From Eledone cirrhosa (taxonomy: Eukaryota): a DNA stretch of 64,000 nt. Both the position numbers and the translations under genes were made by a program. The notes beneath the pieces were generated by a model. That model saw only the letters and a list, made by a program, of their open reading frames with translations, searched no databases and was not told where the DNA came from. The stretch covers positions 43,276,001-43,340,000 of the forward strand of contig OZ024741.1 of assembly GCA_964016885.1 (NCBI GenBank), written 5' to 3'. Shown here in pieces: positions 1 to 13,913 of this stretch. The first letter of the stretch is position 1; each line of letters begins with the position of its first letter.

Positions 1-649
1 CTTAAATATTCGGCCATTTTGTCCGTAGGAACACTAAGAATATACCATAGCTCAAACCCAGTACCGAAACACATATGAAAAGAACTCTGTTTGTCAGGGG
101 CTTACCCTACCTACAGTGTTTTACTAAAACATATACATCTTTTATTTCTACACTAGTCTAATTGTTATTTATGTGTTGTTTAGATTATAGATCTATTAAT
201 AACCAAGTTGTAATTTATAGAAGACTGGACATTATATTTCCTTTGAGCTGTCTATATTGTACATCTATTGACAGGGAAATATATCTCTATATAATGGACA
301 TAATATTTCTTTATGGTGTTATCTATATTAGTTTTACTAACATCTAAATTACCTCGTTATATGATGGTCATATGATTTCATTATGTTCTGACTATATCCA
401 ACTTCCATTTAAATCTAAATTATGGACACACACACACACACATTTATATATGTATATGTGTGTGTGCGTGGACGTGTGAGAGTCTGTGTATGTGTGTGAC
501 TGTGTATGGGCTTGTGGCCGTATGTACATATATATATTGATATTAATATATATATATATTTATGTGTGCGTGTTTATGAGTGTATGTATGTACATGAATG
601 AATATGTATATATATATATATATAGCGTCAATGTGTAAGTGTGTGTGTA

Positions 650-683
<34 letters not shown>

Positions 684-803
684 TAGATCTATATACATAG
701 TTATGTACGATATTTTTATTCATATATCTCGTTATGATGGTGATACACAAAATGTATTTAAGATGCGAGTATAGCTTATTCGAATTTTAGTAGCGATTGA
801 GTA

Positions 804-854
804 AACATCGCTGATGATAGATAAAACATCTTGAAAACACTTGTGTTTCGCGTT
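804..854 (+). ncRNA. Type I hammerhead ribozyme-like motif
   Basis: aacatcg CTGATGA t-agat aaaac atct-t GAAA acac tt gtgt T-T cgcgtt: canonical core with stem II and stem III; stem I weak. Confidence 0.55.
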
Positions 855-1077
855 CTTATACAGCTATTGAGATTGATATTGCATGATCAGAGTTTAAACC
901 TTCATAGTAAGATTTATGTATCTTCATTACGCATACGCCTTCATATAATAGTCTTTTATGAATCGCAGTATGTTAGTTATAATAGAAATAAAAGTATACA
1001 TACACATCTTTTCCTTTGTTGATGCATTCACCGACGTCCACCTGAAAATATGCCGAGAATAAAGGAAAGAATGGAAA

Positions 1078-1079
<2 letters not shown>

Positions 1080-1167
<88 letters not shown>
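1080..1167. repeat. (CA)n microsatellite (one of dozens of (TA)n/(CA)n/(GA)n tracts in the window)
   Basis: Direct reading. Confidence 0.99.
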
Positions 1168-1174
<7 letters not shown>

Positions 1175-1179
1175 ACGAG

Positions 1180-1434
1180 AGAATTAGAATTTAGCTTCGA
1201 ACATAGCTGTATATAAGTATGTATTTGAATTTCGTATTTCTAAAGAAATACCGTATGATTATAAATAAACGTTTAGTAATCCATAACTATTAATACCACT
1301 GGCAGCTACTGCCAGCAGGCGGTGCCTGGCAGAAACAAGAGGGACATATTTATAATCATATCGTATTTCTTTAGAAATATGAAATTCAAATACATATTTG
1401 TATACTGCTATGTTCGAAGATAAATTCTAATTCT
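1180..1434. repeat. Fold-back element, ~87-bp imperfect inverted arms around an ~80-bp spacer
   Basis: 1180-1267 (gaattagaatttagcttcgaacatagc...tgattataaat) is the reverse complement of 1347-1434. Confidence 0.85.
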
Positions 1435-1568
1435 ATTATATTATAAGTTGAGCCAACTTATACAGCTTCATATGCAAATGAGATTAATCACCTAATTTAC
1501 ATAGACGAAAAAAAAAAACTATATATTTTCGCATGTTTCAAAGGCCAGCAGTAGCAAGAGCGGGAGAG

Positions 1569-1612
1569 ATCGTCCTGACGAGTACCAGTTGAGTTTGAAA
1601 TTCATTGACGAT
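1569..1612 (+). ncRNA. Minimal type I hammerhead ribozyme (degenerate stem II)
   Basis: atcgtc CTGACGA ... GAAAT tc ATT gacgat: 6-bp stem I atcgtc/gacgat and intact core. Confidence 0.65.
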
Positions 1613-1737
1613 TGTCCCTCTTGCCTTCTGCCGGGTACGGCCCGGTGGCGTTAGCTGCCAGTGGTATTCATGGCTATAGATTTCTACGTGTTTATTTATA
1701 TATAGAAATACAAAATTCAAATATATATATATATATA

Positions 1738-1933
1738 TAGGGAAAAGTATGACCCCGACGGCAGAGTTCCAGCCGTTTGGACGGCTATTTCTGAGTCCAG
1801 AAATAGCCGTCGATACGGCTGGAAGTCTGCCGTCGGCGTCATAATTTTTCCTATTACCCACTCTACTACCCTAAGTATTGAGTACTCTGGTGAGTTATGG
1901 TCCATCTGGTTCCTTACCACAATTCCTTCGTTA
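1738..1933 (+). mobile_element. Short fold-back remnant of PLE family A 3' end (half-ribozyme arms plus ~78-nt tail)
   Basis: Homologous to 54281-54417, 50137-50195 and 45943-46135; flanked by (TA)n. Confidence 0.85.
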
Positions 1934-2039
1934 TATATAAAAGGATCGATCGACTTTCGTCAAATCGGACCGAGGAAACAATGTTTTCGTCGGTCTTTCC
2001 AGTCGCTAATACTATCTATCGGTCGCAACTCCAGGTAGA

Positions 2040-2158
2040 AGGAGCAACGTGAAATAAATTGTCTTGCTCAAGGACATAACGCATCGCCCGGTCTAGGAAT
2101 CGAACTCACAATCTCAGATTGTGAATCAAATTCTCTAACCACTCATCCACACGCCTTC
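2040..2158 (-). mobile_element. tRNA-derived SINE head
   Basis: Minus strand has A-box-like tgagtggttaga and B-box gttcgattcc, followed by tccttgagcaagac...tttcacgttgctcc, which is shared with ~16515-16550. Confidence 0.8.
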
Positions 2159-2208
2159 GTTATATATATATATATATATATATAATGGAAAAATGTGAAC
2201 AGGAACAA

Positions 2209-2316
<108 letters not shown>

Positions 2317-2327
2317 CAAAATGTTCC

Positions 2328-2369
<42 letters not shown>

Positions 2370-2373
<4 letters not shown>

Positions 2374-2794
2374 GGAAAAATTTGAACAGGAACAAAACAG
2401 AGAGGCAGTACAACGAATGTTTATTAATTTCACGCTCTGGAGAGTGGGGGTGTTGGTGGGGAACAACGTTTCGGGCATAAGCCCTTCCTCAGGTGAGAAA
2501 TGTGTGGGAACAGAGTTCAAAGGGTGTGTAGGGGAGTGGTGGAGAGACATATAGCGAAAGGAAACGGTGCGAATGAAATTAAAAATAAAAATAAAAATAA
2601 AGCATGATCAAAATACAAGGAATGAAATAAATTTAAATATAAAAGCATGATCAAAATAAACTGAAATTAAAAGGGGGGTAAAACAGGTGGTGGAAGGTTG
2701 TGGGGTGTGTCGGGGTGGTGGCGGGTGGAGTGGGGAGAGGGAGACGGGTGTCCGAGCGGGGAGGGCTGAAGGTGGTGTGTGTGTGTAGGTGTAG

Positions 2795-2825
<31 letters not shown>

Positions 2826-3178
2826 AAAGTAAGGGTTGGGGGAAGAACGGGGCTGCATATTCAGGAAGAGGTGGGTGTGTGTGTATGTGGGGGGGGGGGG
2901 GGGGGGGGGTTGTATGTCAGAGTGCCTGTGCGTGTGTGGATAGAGGGGTGGGGGAGAGGAATCAGGAGGCTGAGGGTGTAAATATGTGGTGGAAAGCACG
3001 TGTGTGTGGGGTTTAAGCGTGTTGTGGGTGTAGGTGGCGTGTGGAGAAAAGAATTTGGGGTGTGTGTGTGTAGATGAGTTATATAGGTTATTACGTAAGA
3101 GGATGGTTGAAAAATTGGTAAAATCCTATGATGTTCAGTGGATTCTGTGGTGGTCAAGTTACACATACGAGTATTCCA
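2370..3178 (-). mobile_element. PLE 3' end/pseudo-LTR fragment with hammerhead-like motif at ~2462-2496
   Basis: Minus strand CTGAGGA a-gggc ttat gccc GAAACGTT, a typical Penelope minimal HHR (stem I poor). The terminal tip recurs at 2183-2211, 2313-2331 (inverted) and 49937-49985. Confidence 0.65.
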
Positions 3179-3199
3179 TATATATATATATATATATAT

Positions 3200-4147
3200 G
3201 TGTAGGTTGAAGGGATATTTAATTTGTTGGAAATCCAACAAATATAAATGTTTATAACTGATTCAGAGCACTCGACAAATTTTGGAGTAAATATTCAATG
3301 ATATTAAATAAATGGAAACTATATTTATAAAACCATATTTATTCTATTATATATATTTTAAGGGTACCAACAAAACTTTGGTACGCTTTCATCAGATAAA
3401 ATACAAAGTCTGTTTTATAAATGTTGACATAGCCAAGGAAATCATACCTTATCAGTTGAATATTCAGGTAGTCGGATTATAGAACAGATTTTTCAAACTT
3501 ATGGATAAATATGCAAATGAATATGTAAATAATTGAAAAACCGTTATTTTAAACGCTATGGAGAGTTTAGATATATTATAATAAGAGAGAAATAAAGAAG
3601 AAGGAAAAGAGAAAACGAAAAATAAGAAGAAGGAAAGGGGAAAAGGGAAGGGAAGACCACATATAACGTTAATTTGGGGGGAATATATTCGAACATTTGT
3701 CTATGTATATATTTATATGTAGAATTATGTTTGTAAGTATTTATCTTATTATATTGGAGTGGGTTAAATATATATATCTATATATATTTTATTAGCATAT
3801 GTATTTTTATTATATATATATTCAACATCCTTCGTAACTCATATTATAAACATCTAATAATTGTAAATTATCCTTTTAATAAAAATACATATGCTATTAA
3901 AATATATATAGATATATATATTTAACCCACTACAATATAAGAAGATAAATACTTACAAACACAATTCTCCATATAAATATATACATAGAATATATTTCCC
4001 CCAAATTAAGGTTATATGTGGTCTTCCTTTTCCTTTTTCCTTTTCCTTCTTCTTATTTTTCCTTTTCTTTTTTCCTTCTTCTTTCTTTCTCTCTTATTAT
4101 GATATATCTAAACTCTCCATAGCGTTTAAAATAACGGTTTTTCAATT
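3200..4147 (-). mobile_element. Non-coding PLE-related element with decayed HHR (3341-3402, minus; GAAA>AAAA) and ~270-bp inverted duplication (3531-3815 vs 3880-4147)
   Basis: Homologous to 57893-58234; arms are visibly reverse-complementary. Confidence 0.8.
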
Positions 4148-4292
4148 TTTCTATGTATATATATATCTATAATCTATAATATATATATAATCTATGCATA
4201 TATATATATATACACTCATGTATATATATATGTGTGGGTGTAGGTATATATATATATATATATGTATATATAAATACACACACACACACATG

Positions 4293-4361
<69 letters not shown>

Positions 4362-4362
4362 G

Positions 4363-4397
<35 letters not shown>

Positions 4398-4458
4398 GTG
4401 GGTGTGTGTGTATGTATATATATATTTGAAAATGTACCAATATTGAAAATGTACCATA

Positions 4459-7400
4459 TTGAAATGTACCATATTGAAAAATGTACCAATTCCCTCTAAG
4501 GATGAATTCCTTCTTCTTATACAAAAAACTAACCAATTTATTAGAAGAGTTTGTTGGCGGACATACCACTTCGATAACAAAACCAAAAGAGATGAGAAGA
4601 AAAACTTTTATGACTTTCGCACATATAAAAACCCTCCTCACAATTCTATGCTTGAAAATTTTGAAAAAGATTTACTAAATATGATTAAACACAAATCAAA
4701 CTTGATTAAACACAAATCAAACTTTCAAAAAGAACTGGACTCTCCTCTATTTAAATTAAAAACTTCTAGTAAAATTCATCTCCACTCTGACAAAACTGGC
4801 AACTTATACCATATGAACATTGATGAATATAACCAATTCATTTGTAAAGAACTAAGGAAGAACTATAAGAAAACCAGTAGTACAGCACTCACCTCGATAA
4901 ACAATAAATCATACACCATAGTAAAGGAACTCAACATCGAAGATAGAACCGAACCTTTCACACCAAAAGATCCACACTTTAATCTGAAAGATCACAAATC
5001 TGACTTCAACTCAAAGCCATCGATTAGAGTCATATGCTCATCTAAGTCGGACATCGGAGTAATAAGCAAGAAGATTCTTGATAAAATTATCCCACAAATA
5101 AGGAAGCATGTAAAACTACCGGTATGGGAAAACACTTCCCAAGTTATCAATTGGTTCTCCAACATCAAAGATAAGCCCTCAGCTTCATTTCTCCAATTCG
5201 ACATCGATGCATACAATTCACCAATAGCCCCAATACTTCTGAACCAAGCATTAATTTTCGCTCAAAATAGATCGGATTTAACTATGGATGACATTAAGAT
5301 CATCACACACGCCAGACAAACTCTATTGGACTTCCAGGACGAGTATTGGACTAGGAATACTTATAGTGAATTATATGATATTACTATGGGCTCAATGGAT
5401 TCCGCCCAGGTTACGGACCTTGTGGGCCTCTTCCTCTTACATAATTTGAATTCCTCTTTTCCTCACCTCAATGGTGGTCTATATCGCGATGACTGTCTTC
5501 TTCTAGCTGATAATCTTAGTCTCTCAGCAATTGAGAGAAATAAAAAGCATATTATGAAATTCTTCAAAAATTACTATAATCTTGCGGTTACTTTGGAAAC
5601 TAGACTAAAAAGGTCAATTTCCTCGACATCTCTTTAGATCTATCAACAGGCATTACCAACCCTACCACAAACCAAACCAAAACCTCCATTATATACATTT
5701 ACTATCTAACCACCCTAGTTCCATACTAAAACATCTAGTCTACAATATCTCACTCAGACTATCTAAATTATCATCTAGTGAAGAAATATTCTATAAAAAT
5801 GCACGTTATTATAATGAGGCTTTAAATAGAAGTGCCTATAAAGATAAAGCATTTTACATACCTAACACCATGAATAACCCTAGCATACAGCCAACAATAA
5901 GCAACAAACACCGTAGAAAACACCAAAAGTTAGTGCCGAAAAACCTAGATCATACCATTACTCCCAATATCCACATTAACACGAATGACACAAATTCTCT
6001 AAAAATTACCAATCCTATCGATTCCGAATATTTCTATAACTTACCTAATATTATTACTACAAACCGTGCAAAAACACCTAACTCCACTACTCTTAAAAAA
6101 GCAGTTAATAATAACACCTTATATCTTAATTCTCACAATAAACCTAATGATATATCACCTATCACATCGAACCTTCAACATAACGAAACTACACCCTTGC
6201 AATCCAAAAAACTAGAGAAACATATCCGAACTACCGTATATAACAAGAATGATACCGAAATTCCAGGTCCTATCAATAATGCTTCATTAACAAAACTCAC
6301 AATATCCTCTACAAATCAAACAAAAAGCAATAAATCAAAAACTAATACAATTCAAAAATCTACTAAACAATTAGTTCACACCCATAATAACAATCACAAT
6401 GTTATAATTTCATCTGATAACAATATCTACCCTCAAACTTCTATACATACCCAATATAACAAGAGGAAACCTTTTTAGGAACCATAAAAGAAATGTACCA
6501 TGGTATAACGCGCCATTCAACTTGCAAACTATGGGCCAAATCCCTAAAAGATTTTTTACAATTCTCGATAAGCATTTCCCACCTAACCACAAATACCATC
6601 AAATCTTAAACATAAATACAGTAACATTTTCTTACTCCACATCGAGCAATATACAAGAAAAAATAAGTGCATATAACATCTATAAATGTAAAAAAGCTCC
6701 ATCTATACCACATACAAGAGCACACCACATACAAGATAACTATGGTAATACTACAACGCATAACCAGAATATTACTGCATACCCACCTGAAAGATCCACT
6801 CACTCACCTCACCAGCACAATATAGTAGACTACAACCAACTACCATCTTCCTCATCCTTAATAGGGACTAAGATTTACATACCCAATCTAACTAATAGCG
6901 CCCAAAACAACCATGACTCCATAAACGCTATATCAAGTATAATTTCACCTACTAGCAACAATTCGGATTATAACCACCCTACCGTAAACCCTTCTATCCC
7001 AAATAAAAAGGTAAACACAAATACTAGCACTATTATTGAGAATATGGATAGCACATCTGAAACCCTATATGCAAACGGTTGTAATTGTATAATAAAAGAA
7101 AATTGCTCCTTAAATGGAAATTGCTTAATTAATAATATAGTATATAAATGTGTAATCACCACTAAAGACTCTAATCAATCTTATATAGGATCCATTTCTA
7201 ATCCATTTAAATCGAGATTTTATGCACACACCCACAGTTTCCGAAACACAAAATTAGCAAATACCACTTCTTTAGCAGAAGCAATTAATAATTGTAAGAA
7301 GAAGAATATTAAATATAACCTAACTCCGAAGATTCTTAAGAGAACTATTTCTTATCAGGGCAATAGAAGGTTGTGCGGACTATGTTCCCAAGAAACTTTT

Positions 7401-7505
7401 GAAATTACTAAATCGAAGGACACTCTATTAAATAAAAGACAAGGATTAATTTTAGTATGTAACCATAAAATTAGAAGGACATTCAAATATTATAAATACA
7501 ACTAA
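4459..7505 (+). pseudogene. PLE reverse transcriptase + GIY-YIG endonuclease polyprotein (frameshifts near 5610, 5655 and 6475)
   Basis: ORFs 4459-5637 (RT, YRDD), 5870-6478 (linker) and 6522-7505 (GIY-YIG) join across frameshifts. Confidence 0.9.
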
Positions 7506-8039
7506 GCAAATATATAAAAATATATAGGTGAATAAATGTGTGAGTATAGGTGTGTGTGTGAATATGTATATCTGTGTGTGTGTATATGTATGTATATGCA
7601 TAAATATATGCCTATATATAAACATGTGTAACTATACATGTGTATATATATATATTTTTTTAATATTATATATGTTTAGAACAAATTATTCCTCACAGCA
7701 AAGAAATAACTAACTTTTTAAAGATTGTTCTATTCCATTCTACTTGATGTAACACACTAATCTCAGTACCCCCTTCTCCTCCAAGGATAATCTTCTTTGA
7801 CCATCAACACTTTTATATACAATATGCCTAAACTCATTTACACTAGCAACTTTCATTTCTTTTCTTAAAAGACATTTGATACCTTATCCACTGATGGCCT
7901 ACTTATTCATCTACTACCACCAACCTTAAGGGTTTATACTGCACATTTCCATTCTTAACAATGATCAATTTCAACCTGGCTATAAAACCTTACTTATTCA
8001 TATGTATGCTTTTTTTGTATTCTTCAATAAACAATACTC

Positions 8040-8175
8040 ATTATTTCTGAGGACGGCGGGTAGTGAAGACGTATGTATTTTTTTCTTACTATGATATTTT
8101 GTAATATGTTTTACATAAATCAATAATTGAACGAACATACAGAGAACTACCCCCCAGAAACGATCGTAAAATAAT
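8040..8175 (+). ncRNA. Type I hammerhead ribozyme with ~100-nt extended stem II
   Basis: attattt CTGAGGA cggcgggtagt...actacccccca GAAAC gatc GTA aaataat: 7-bp stem I and palindromic stem III. Confidence 0.85.
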
Positions 8176-8390
8176 GTGTTTTACTATGAATTAACAGTTT
8201 TGTGTTTAATTTCATTGTTTTAATATTTCTATTTTGACTCTGTATCCAATTGAATTATATCGTTGATGAAAATGTTTGTATTTTAAAATTTGCTTCACGA
8301 CATCTTCTACATACGGATTACATTGAGTTCTTTATACGGTTTAGACCCTACCATTGAGTGGTATATTTATCTATATCTATATATATATAT

Positions 8391-9238
8391 AGGAACGAGT
8401 AGGACCCCTACGGCTGAGCTCAAGCCGTTTCGACGGCTAATTCTGGACTAAATGAACATTTTTATCCTGGTATTTGAATAGCCGAGCTTCTCAGGGGGTA
8501 ATTCCATATATGGTAAAAGTGATTGTCACAAGGATTGGTCAAACGTTTGTTGTTGAGACATAATAATTCTATCATGGCAATTTGTGGAGGGAAGGGGTAG
8601 CTGAACCTGTCAGTAGGAGAAAGAGGGAGAGGGGGTGGAGGAGACCCAGTCATGCGTTGATAGTGCCGACTACAGCTGGGCAGGAGGTCAAAGAAGATAC
8701 TAGGGAGGGGGAGGGGGAGGAAGTCGAAACAATAAGTAAAGCAATATGGGGTTAATATATAGAAAAATACCGAGTGTTAAAAAGCAATAAAATGTTAAAA
8801 AAATAAACAATTTCTGGTTACTACGACCTAAGGACAGCTATCAAGTCTCTCACTGGTACTGCTAGACTAAAGAAAGGTTTAGTAGGTGGGACGGAATTAT
8901 AATGAGACCCTTTTAAGAGGTATAAGTAATAAACCGAGTATATCTTACGGTGACGGGTCAACAAGTGAGGGGCCAAAATACTAAAGAAACTACCACGAAA
9001 TAATAATTCAGAGTCCCGAGACCAGTACGAAATAAAGGTTTCTACCCCAGGCACAAGGCCAGCAACCACCCAGTGCAAAAAATAAACTAATACGAAATAA
9101 TAATTCAGAATCCCGAAAAAGAATACTAATACTATCTTTAAGGGTGCCGCCACGATACAAAAATTCTAGTGCAAACTATATAAATGCTCGTACGAAGTAT
9201 ATGTAAAATTTGATACGGAAAATTAATTCAGAACCCCC

Positions 9239-9269
<31 letters not shown>

Positions 9270-9405
9270 ATACTGATATAAGAGAAATTAAAGCAAAGAT
9301 ACCACTAAGAAATATAGAAAGCACGGAAAAGGGGCAGCGATCGGATAAGAAGGCAAGTATCCGGGGTCTAACACATCTGCTATAAAAAGCGGAGTCGGCC
9401 AAAAT
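8391..9405 (-). mobile_element. Diverged PLE family A 3' UTR fragment with HHR at 8404-8499
   Basis: Colinear homology with 50137-51170. Minus strand reads acccc CTGAGA..cggcta..tagccg..GAAACggct..agccGTA ggggt. Confidence 0.8.
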
Positions 9406-10434
9406 CACTTGTTGACCCGTCACCGTAAGTATACTCGGTTTATTACTTATACTTCTTATCTGTAGAACACTCATCCATTTACGTGTCTGTAGAACACTCA
9501 TCCATTTATATGATTTTTCACGTGTTGGGAGTCCAGTTGATCAAACAACTGCATACTTATATTGAAAATCAAGAGAGGATCCACCTTCATAATAAGACAC
9601 AAATCACTAACAGCCATATTTTTTATTGTGTATTATTTCCATATCAACAACCTGTTTCCGCAACGTTAGTTTCATTCTCGTCCTCCATAATGTACTCACA
9701 ATAAATTTATTACATTATGCACCCTAACTGCTATTATCTCATATAACCATAACAATATTGAATTCGCTACTTCAAGAATTCCTATATGTAACCATTTTTA
9801 TGTTACTTCATAAAATCTATTATATTTCACTACATTTAATTTTAAATTTTCTATTACACCATCCATCATCGTTTATTTCTGTTTCTTTTTCATATATTTT
9901 AATATCTCAGTTAATAGTTCCCTTTTTAATCTCAAAAGAATTCGTTTTCTTACGATAGATGCAAACAATGTATATGGCTTCCCTTTTTTTCCATTAACGA
10001 TACTTAAAATCCTGTTAAAATTTCCGAACATTAAAATCAACGTCCCGTTTAAAATATAATCAGGCGCTTCTACTTAGGATATAAACTTGTCTTTATACAG
10101 AAATGGTGTTGTTGTTTTTTATCAATATATATTTCTCATATATAATTATCTAAACATGATTTATTACCTCCGTAAGCTACAAACGTTATTTACTTCCAGT
10201 AAATTGATTCTCATTGTAGTTAATCTAGTATTGAACTGACAAAGCCCATCATTAACAAAAAACAATCAGCAAACAACAACTTTACTTCTACATAATGAAA
10301 CAACTTTCATATTGATATAAAAATTGACCCAACAATGTTTTCTATTTAACTCTCTTAAGCAGTGAACTCTTACCACATCCCCTTACAACGAGTAATGTGT
10401 GTTTCATATGAGAAAATCAATATATTATTTACAA

Positions 10435-10610
10435 GGACAGTGGATTGGCAGTATCGGTAGAGCGTCGGACAACATGCATTGAATTATGCCCTTTTAGGTT
10501 AGCTTTGCTTTTCATCCTTATGGGGTCGATAAAATAAAGTACTAGTAACGTACTGGGATTGAATTAATCGGTTCTATCTCTTCCCCAAAATTGTTGGCCT
10601 TGTCCAATAT
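10435..10610 (+). mobile_element. tRNA-derived SINE with Deu/Nin-like domain (internally deleted)
   Basis: ttggcagtatcggtagag head and tttcatccttatggggtcgataaaataaagtac core; homologous to 43846-44030. Confidence 0.8.
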
Positions 10611-12032
10611 TTTATTTACACAACGTTTTACTATAACTAGAATGAAATGGATCTCCATTGCTTTCTACATATAGTGTTTCCACATAGGTTGTTCGGTCAA
10701 CACAACAGTCCCCTTGCAGTAATTAAAGTTTTTCAATACTGTATCATTTTATTTCTCACTAGAAGCTTATGACGACTCGCTGCGCCATTCATAATTATTT
10801 AGTGTGTTATAAATTCTTTAAGGTAATATAACATGTTCTTTAGACTTCCAGTGTTTCATATTATGACGTAGTTAATCCTCCCTAAGAATCAATCTTTCCT
10901 TGAGCATCTTATGAGGTATTCAATAGCTTGAAGTATGACAGTTTGCACAGTTCTTGCTAAATCATCCTTTCCGGTCAATTTTGTGTCAACTTCACGTGGC
11001 CGACTGACATGTTAAACAGCAAAATGGCAGTTCATTGACTGTTCTGTTTAATAGTGAGCAGTAGGATAGGACCATGTTTTCCTCGGGAGACAATTGCAAA
11101 TATCTGAAGCAGTAGTATTTCGTCTTCTTGGGGGGCTTAGAGACAAATGTCATAATGACGAACTATACTTACTTATGGATATCTGTTATACATATAATCG
11201 AAGACAGAAGATTATCTGATGTCGAACAAAATTCAATTTCTTAGCTCGGAATATGTTTAATGTGGAAATATCAGCTATATAGACAATTGTGAAACTAGGG
11301 GACACGGGAGAAGGAGTTACTATGGTGGTATTAGTAGGTGGTGGAAGTAGGTCAGTGCACTAAAACAAGTTAGGTCATTCAATATAAGGTCAATCGTTCT
11401 AGTTGTTGAACGGTTATAAAATAGTTGATTAGTGTATTTAATGTCTTCATCGGTTAACTTCCAATGGAGGGTAAATGTCATTTTCTTCTTAACTGCCATG
11501 TTAGCAACGGTCGATCTACGGATCATCCTCATCTATCTAAGATGTTCAACAGACGGAAGAGGGTGTGCTTAAGTTAAAGTGTGCGACTGTTTGTAAATGC
11601 ATGTGTGCAATCCAGATCTAAGAATAGTAGGGTTGCCTTGACCTAACTATGTGTGTGTTTGCATAGTTTTATAGCAGTCATATGCGGAGGTACACGTGAA
11701 CTACAGATTACACACAAGCACATACACGCTGATTATCACACAACATCCCGTGCCTGTGCACACATATATGCATATATGGTTGTCTACACGCGGAAGTAGA
11801 TTGATAGAGGGAAGGAAATGAAGAAAAGAGACGAGAACGAAGAACAAACGGCTAATATGTAAAGGTGAAGATCAATAATTTAGGAATAGTTCGTGGAACT
11901 ATCCAATGGAACTGGAGAGCCCAGTCCTCCGATAGATAAAGAAAGGGGGGGGGGTATATACACATCAACGTAGCAAGGGTTTCTAAAGTATCTGACACGT
12001 TTATACATTGATGAGAGAGAGAGAGAGGGAGA

Positions 12033-12095
<63 letters not shown>

Positions 12096-12589
12096 GGTAT
12101 TTTTAATTATAAGCAAACTACAGAGTTGTAGGAAGGTTTTAACTATTTCGTCTATATGTGTTAAAAGAATTAGGATATTTTCTATTATTCTGTAGGAGCC
12201 ACATTTTATTCCACAGTACAGTGGTGCACAAATCACACGGAGACACCCCTCATTCATATTTGTGTTTGTGATTTTAAGCATTGACCACAACAAAGAATGT
12301 TGTATTTTATCCTGCTTAAGCCTCCATATAAGCTCGGATACCTATGTGTATTAAAATCAATACAACATATGCTTGGCTCATATTCAGATGTAAACATCAC
12401 CTCAATAGCAGGCTTTTCTAAACAAAAACAACAAAAAATGGTTTATTTACATTTGAGTTTTCTGCATGACGACAATGCATTCAATAACTGTTGAATAACA
12501 ACCTATTAATGTCATTGAAATGTGCATAATAGGATGATGCAATGGAATAAACTGATGCTGAATATGTGATACCATCTCTCTTCCTATTC

Positions 12590-12656
<67 letters not shown>

Positions 12657-12701
12657 TCACACACGCACACACATACACTCACTCACTCACACACACACAC
12701 G

Positions 12702-12733
<32 letters not shown>

Positions 12734-13022
12734 TATATATATTTATATATATATACATATACGAATATATATATGTGTGTGAATGTGTGTATGTGCATGT
12801 GTATGTGTGCGTGTCTCTGTATGCTATGATTGTTTATAGTGTGTCACTTTCGTTATATTGTATCGTAGTTCTGGTTTCGAAGTAATTCAATACACAATAT
12901 TCATCCAACCGACAAACGCTTTGGTAAACTTTGCATGGAAACAGTATTATATTTCTGAAATATCCATTACAATTATAGTTATTATAGTATTTACACATAC
13001 ATGCATACCTACCTACCTACCT

Positions 13023-13089
<67 letters not shown>

Positions 13090-13826
13090 CACACATACAT
13101 AAATATATACATACATACATACATACATACATACACACATACACACATACACACATACATATATAAATATAGAGATACAAATGTATACATCCATACATAC
13201 GGACATACATATATATACATATATACATACAAACATACATAAAAACATACATACATACAATACCATCATAAATGCATATAGGCATGCATACGTTTCTTAA
13301 ATACATATATACATACATACATGCATAAATACCGATATACATAATACATATATCAAGAGAGTGAGAGTGTAGGAGAGATAGAAAGTGTTGCATCATAAAC
13401 GTTAAACTGTGTATTGCTTTGTATATTATATATATCACATGTACTAATACACATTTGCTGTCAATTTAATGAGGAGAATGTAATTTACTGCTCTGGTATC
13501 CCTTGCCAATGTATCTTTCTATGTAAAAATATATATTTGTTTCATTTTATACGATAGCGAAGTAGAGAAATTTACAACCATCAAACCATGATATTCACTA
13601 TCACTAATAATCATATATATAAAAAACAAAATATATCCACAAAGAAGATCTAAAGGCCAGGCCACTTTTGAAGAAATCCCTTCAACTATCACTTTGATAA
13701 GTCCGCTTACTATAAATTTGTTAATCTTTTTCATGCGTTTTTACTTGATTATCGTTCGAAGTAACAATCTAATTTATAGACAGTTTGAAGAAAGCGTCAC
13801 ATAGCAACTGCATGTAATGTTACATC

Positions 13827-13911
<85 letters not shown>

Positions 13912-13913
<2 letters not shown>

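Larger units (their letters stand above)
4427..8368 (+). mobile_element. Near full-length Penelope-like element (Hydra-type), frameshifted
   Basis: ORF pieces give KNVPIPS N-terminus, SDKTGNLY, QFDIDAY, MGSMDSAQVTDLVG, GGLYRDD, NFLD, SNHP, WYN.PF, CNC..C..C-IVY..YIG, CGLC, CNHK. HHR near the 3' end; (TA)n flanks. Confidence 0.93.

Noticed and set aside
2085-2158. tRNA gene
   Set aside because: A/B boxes are present but run into a SINE body, with no acceptor stem.
9520-10050. Possible LINE endonuclease remnant (LILMFGNFN on the minus strand)
   Set aside because: Single weak motif among many stops.
11320-11532. 70-aa minus-strand ORF as a host exon
   Set aside because: No recognisable motif or convincing splice context.
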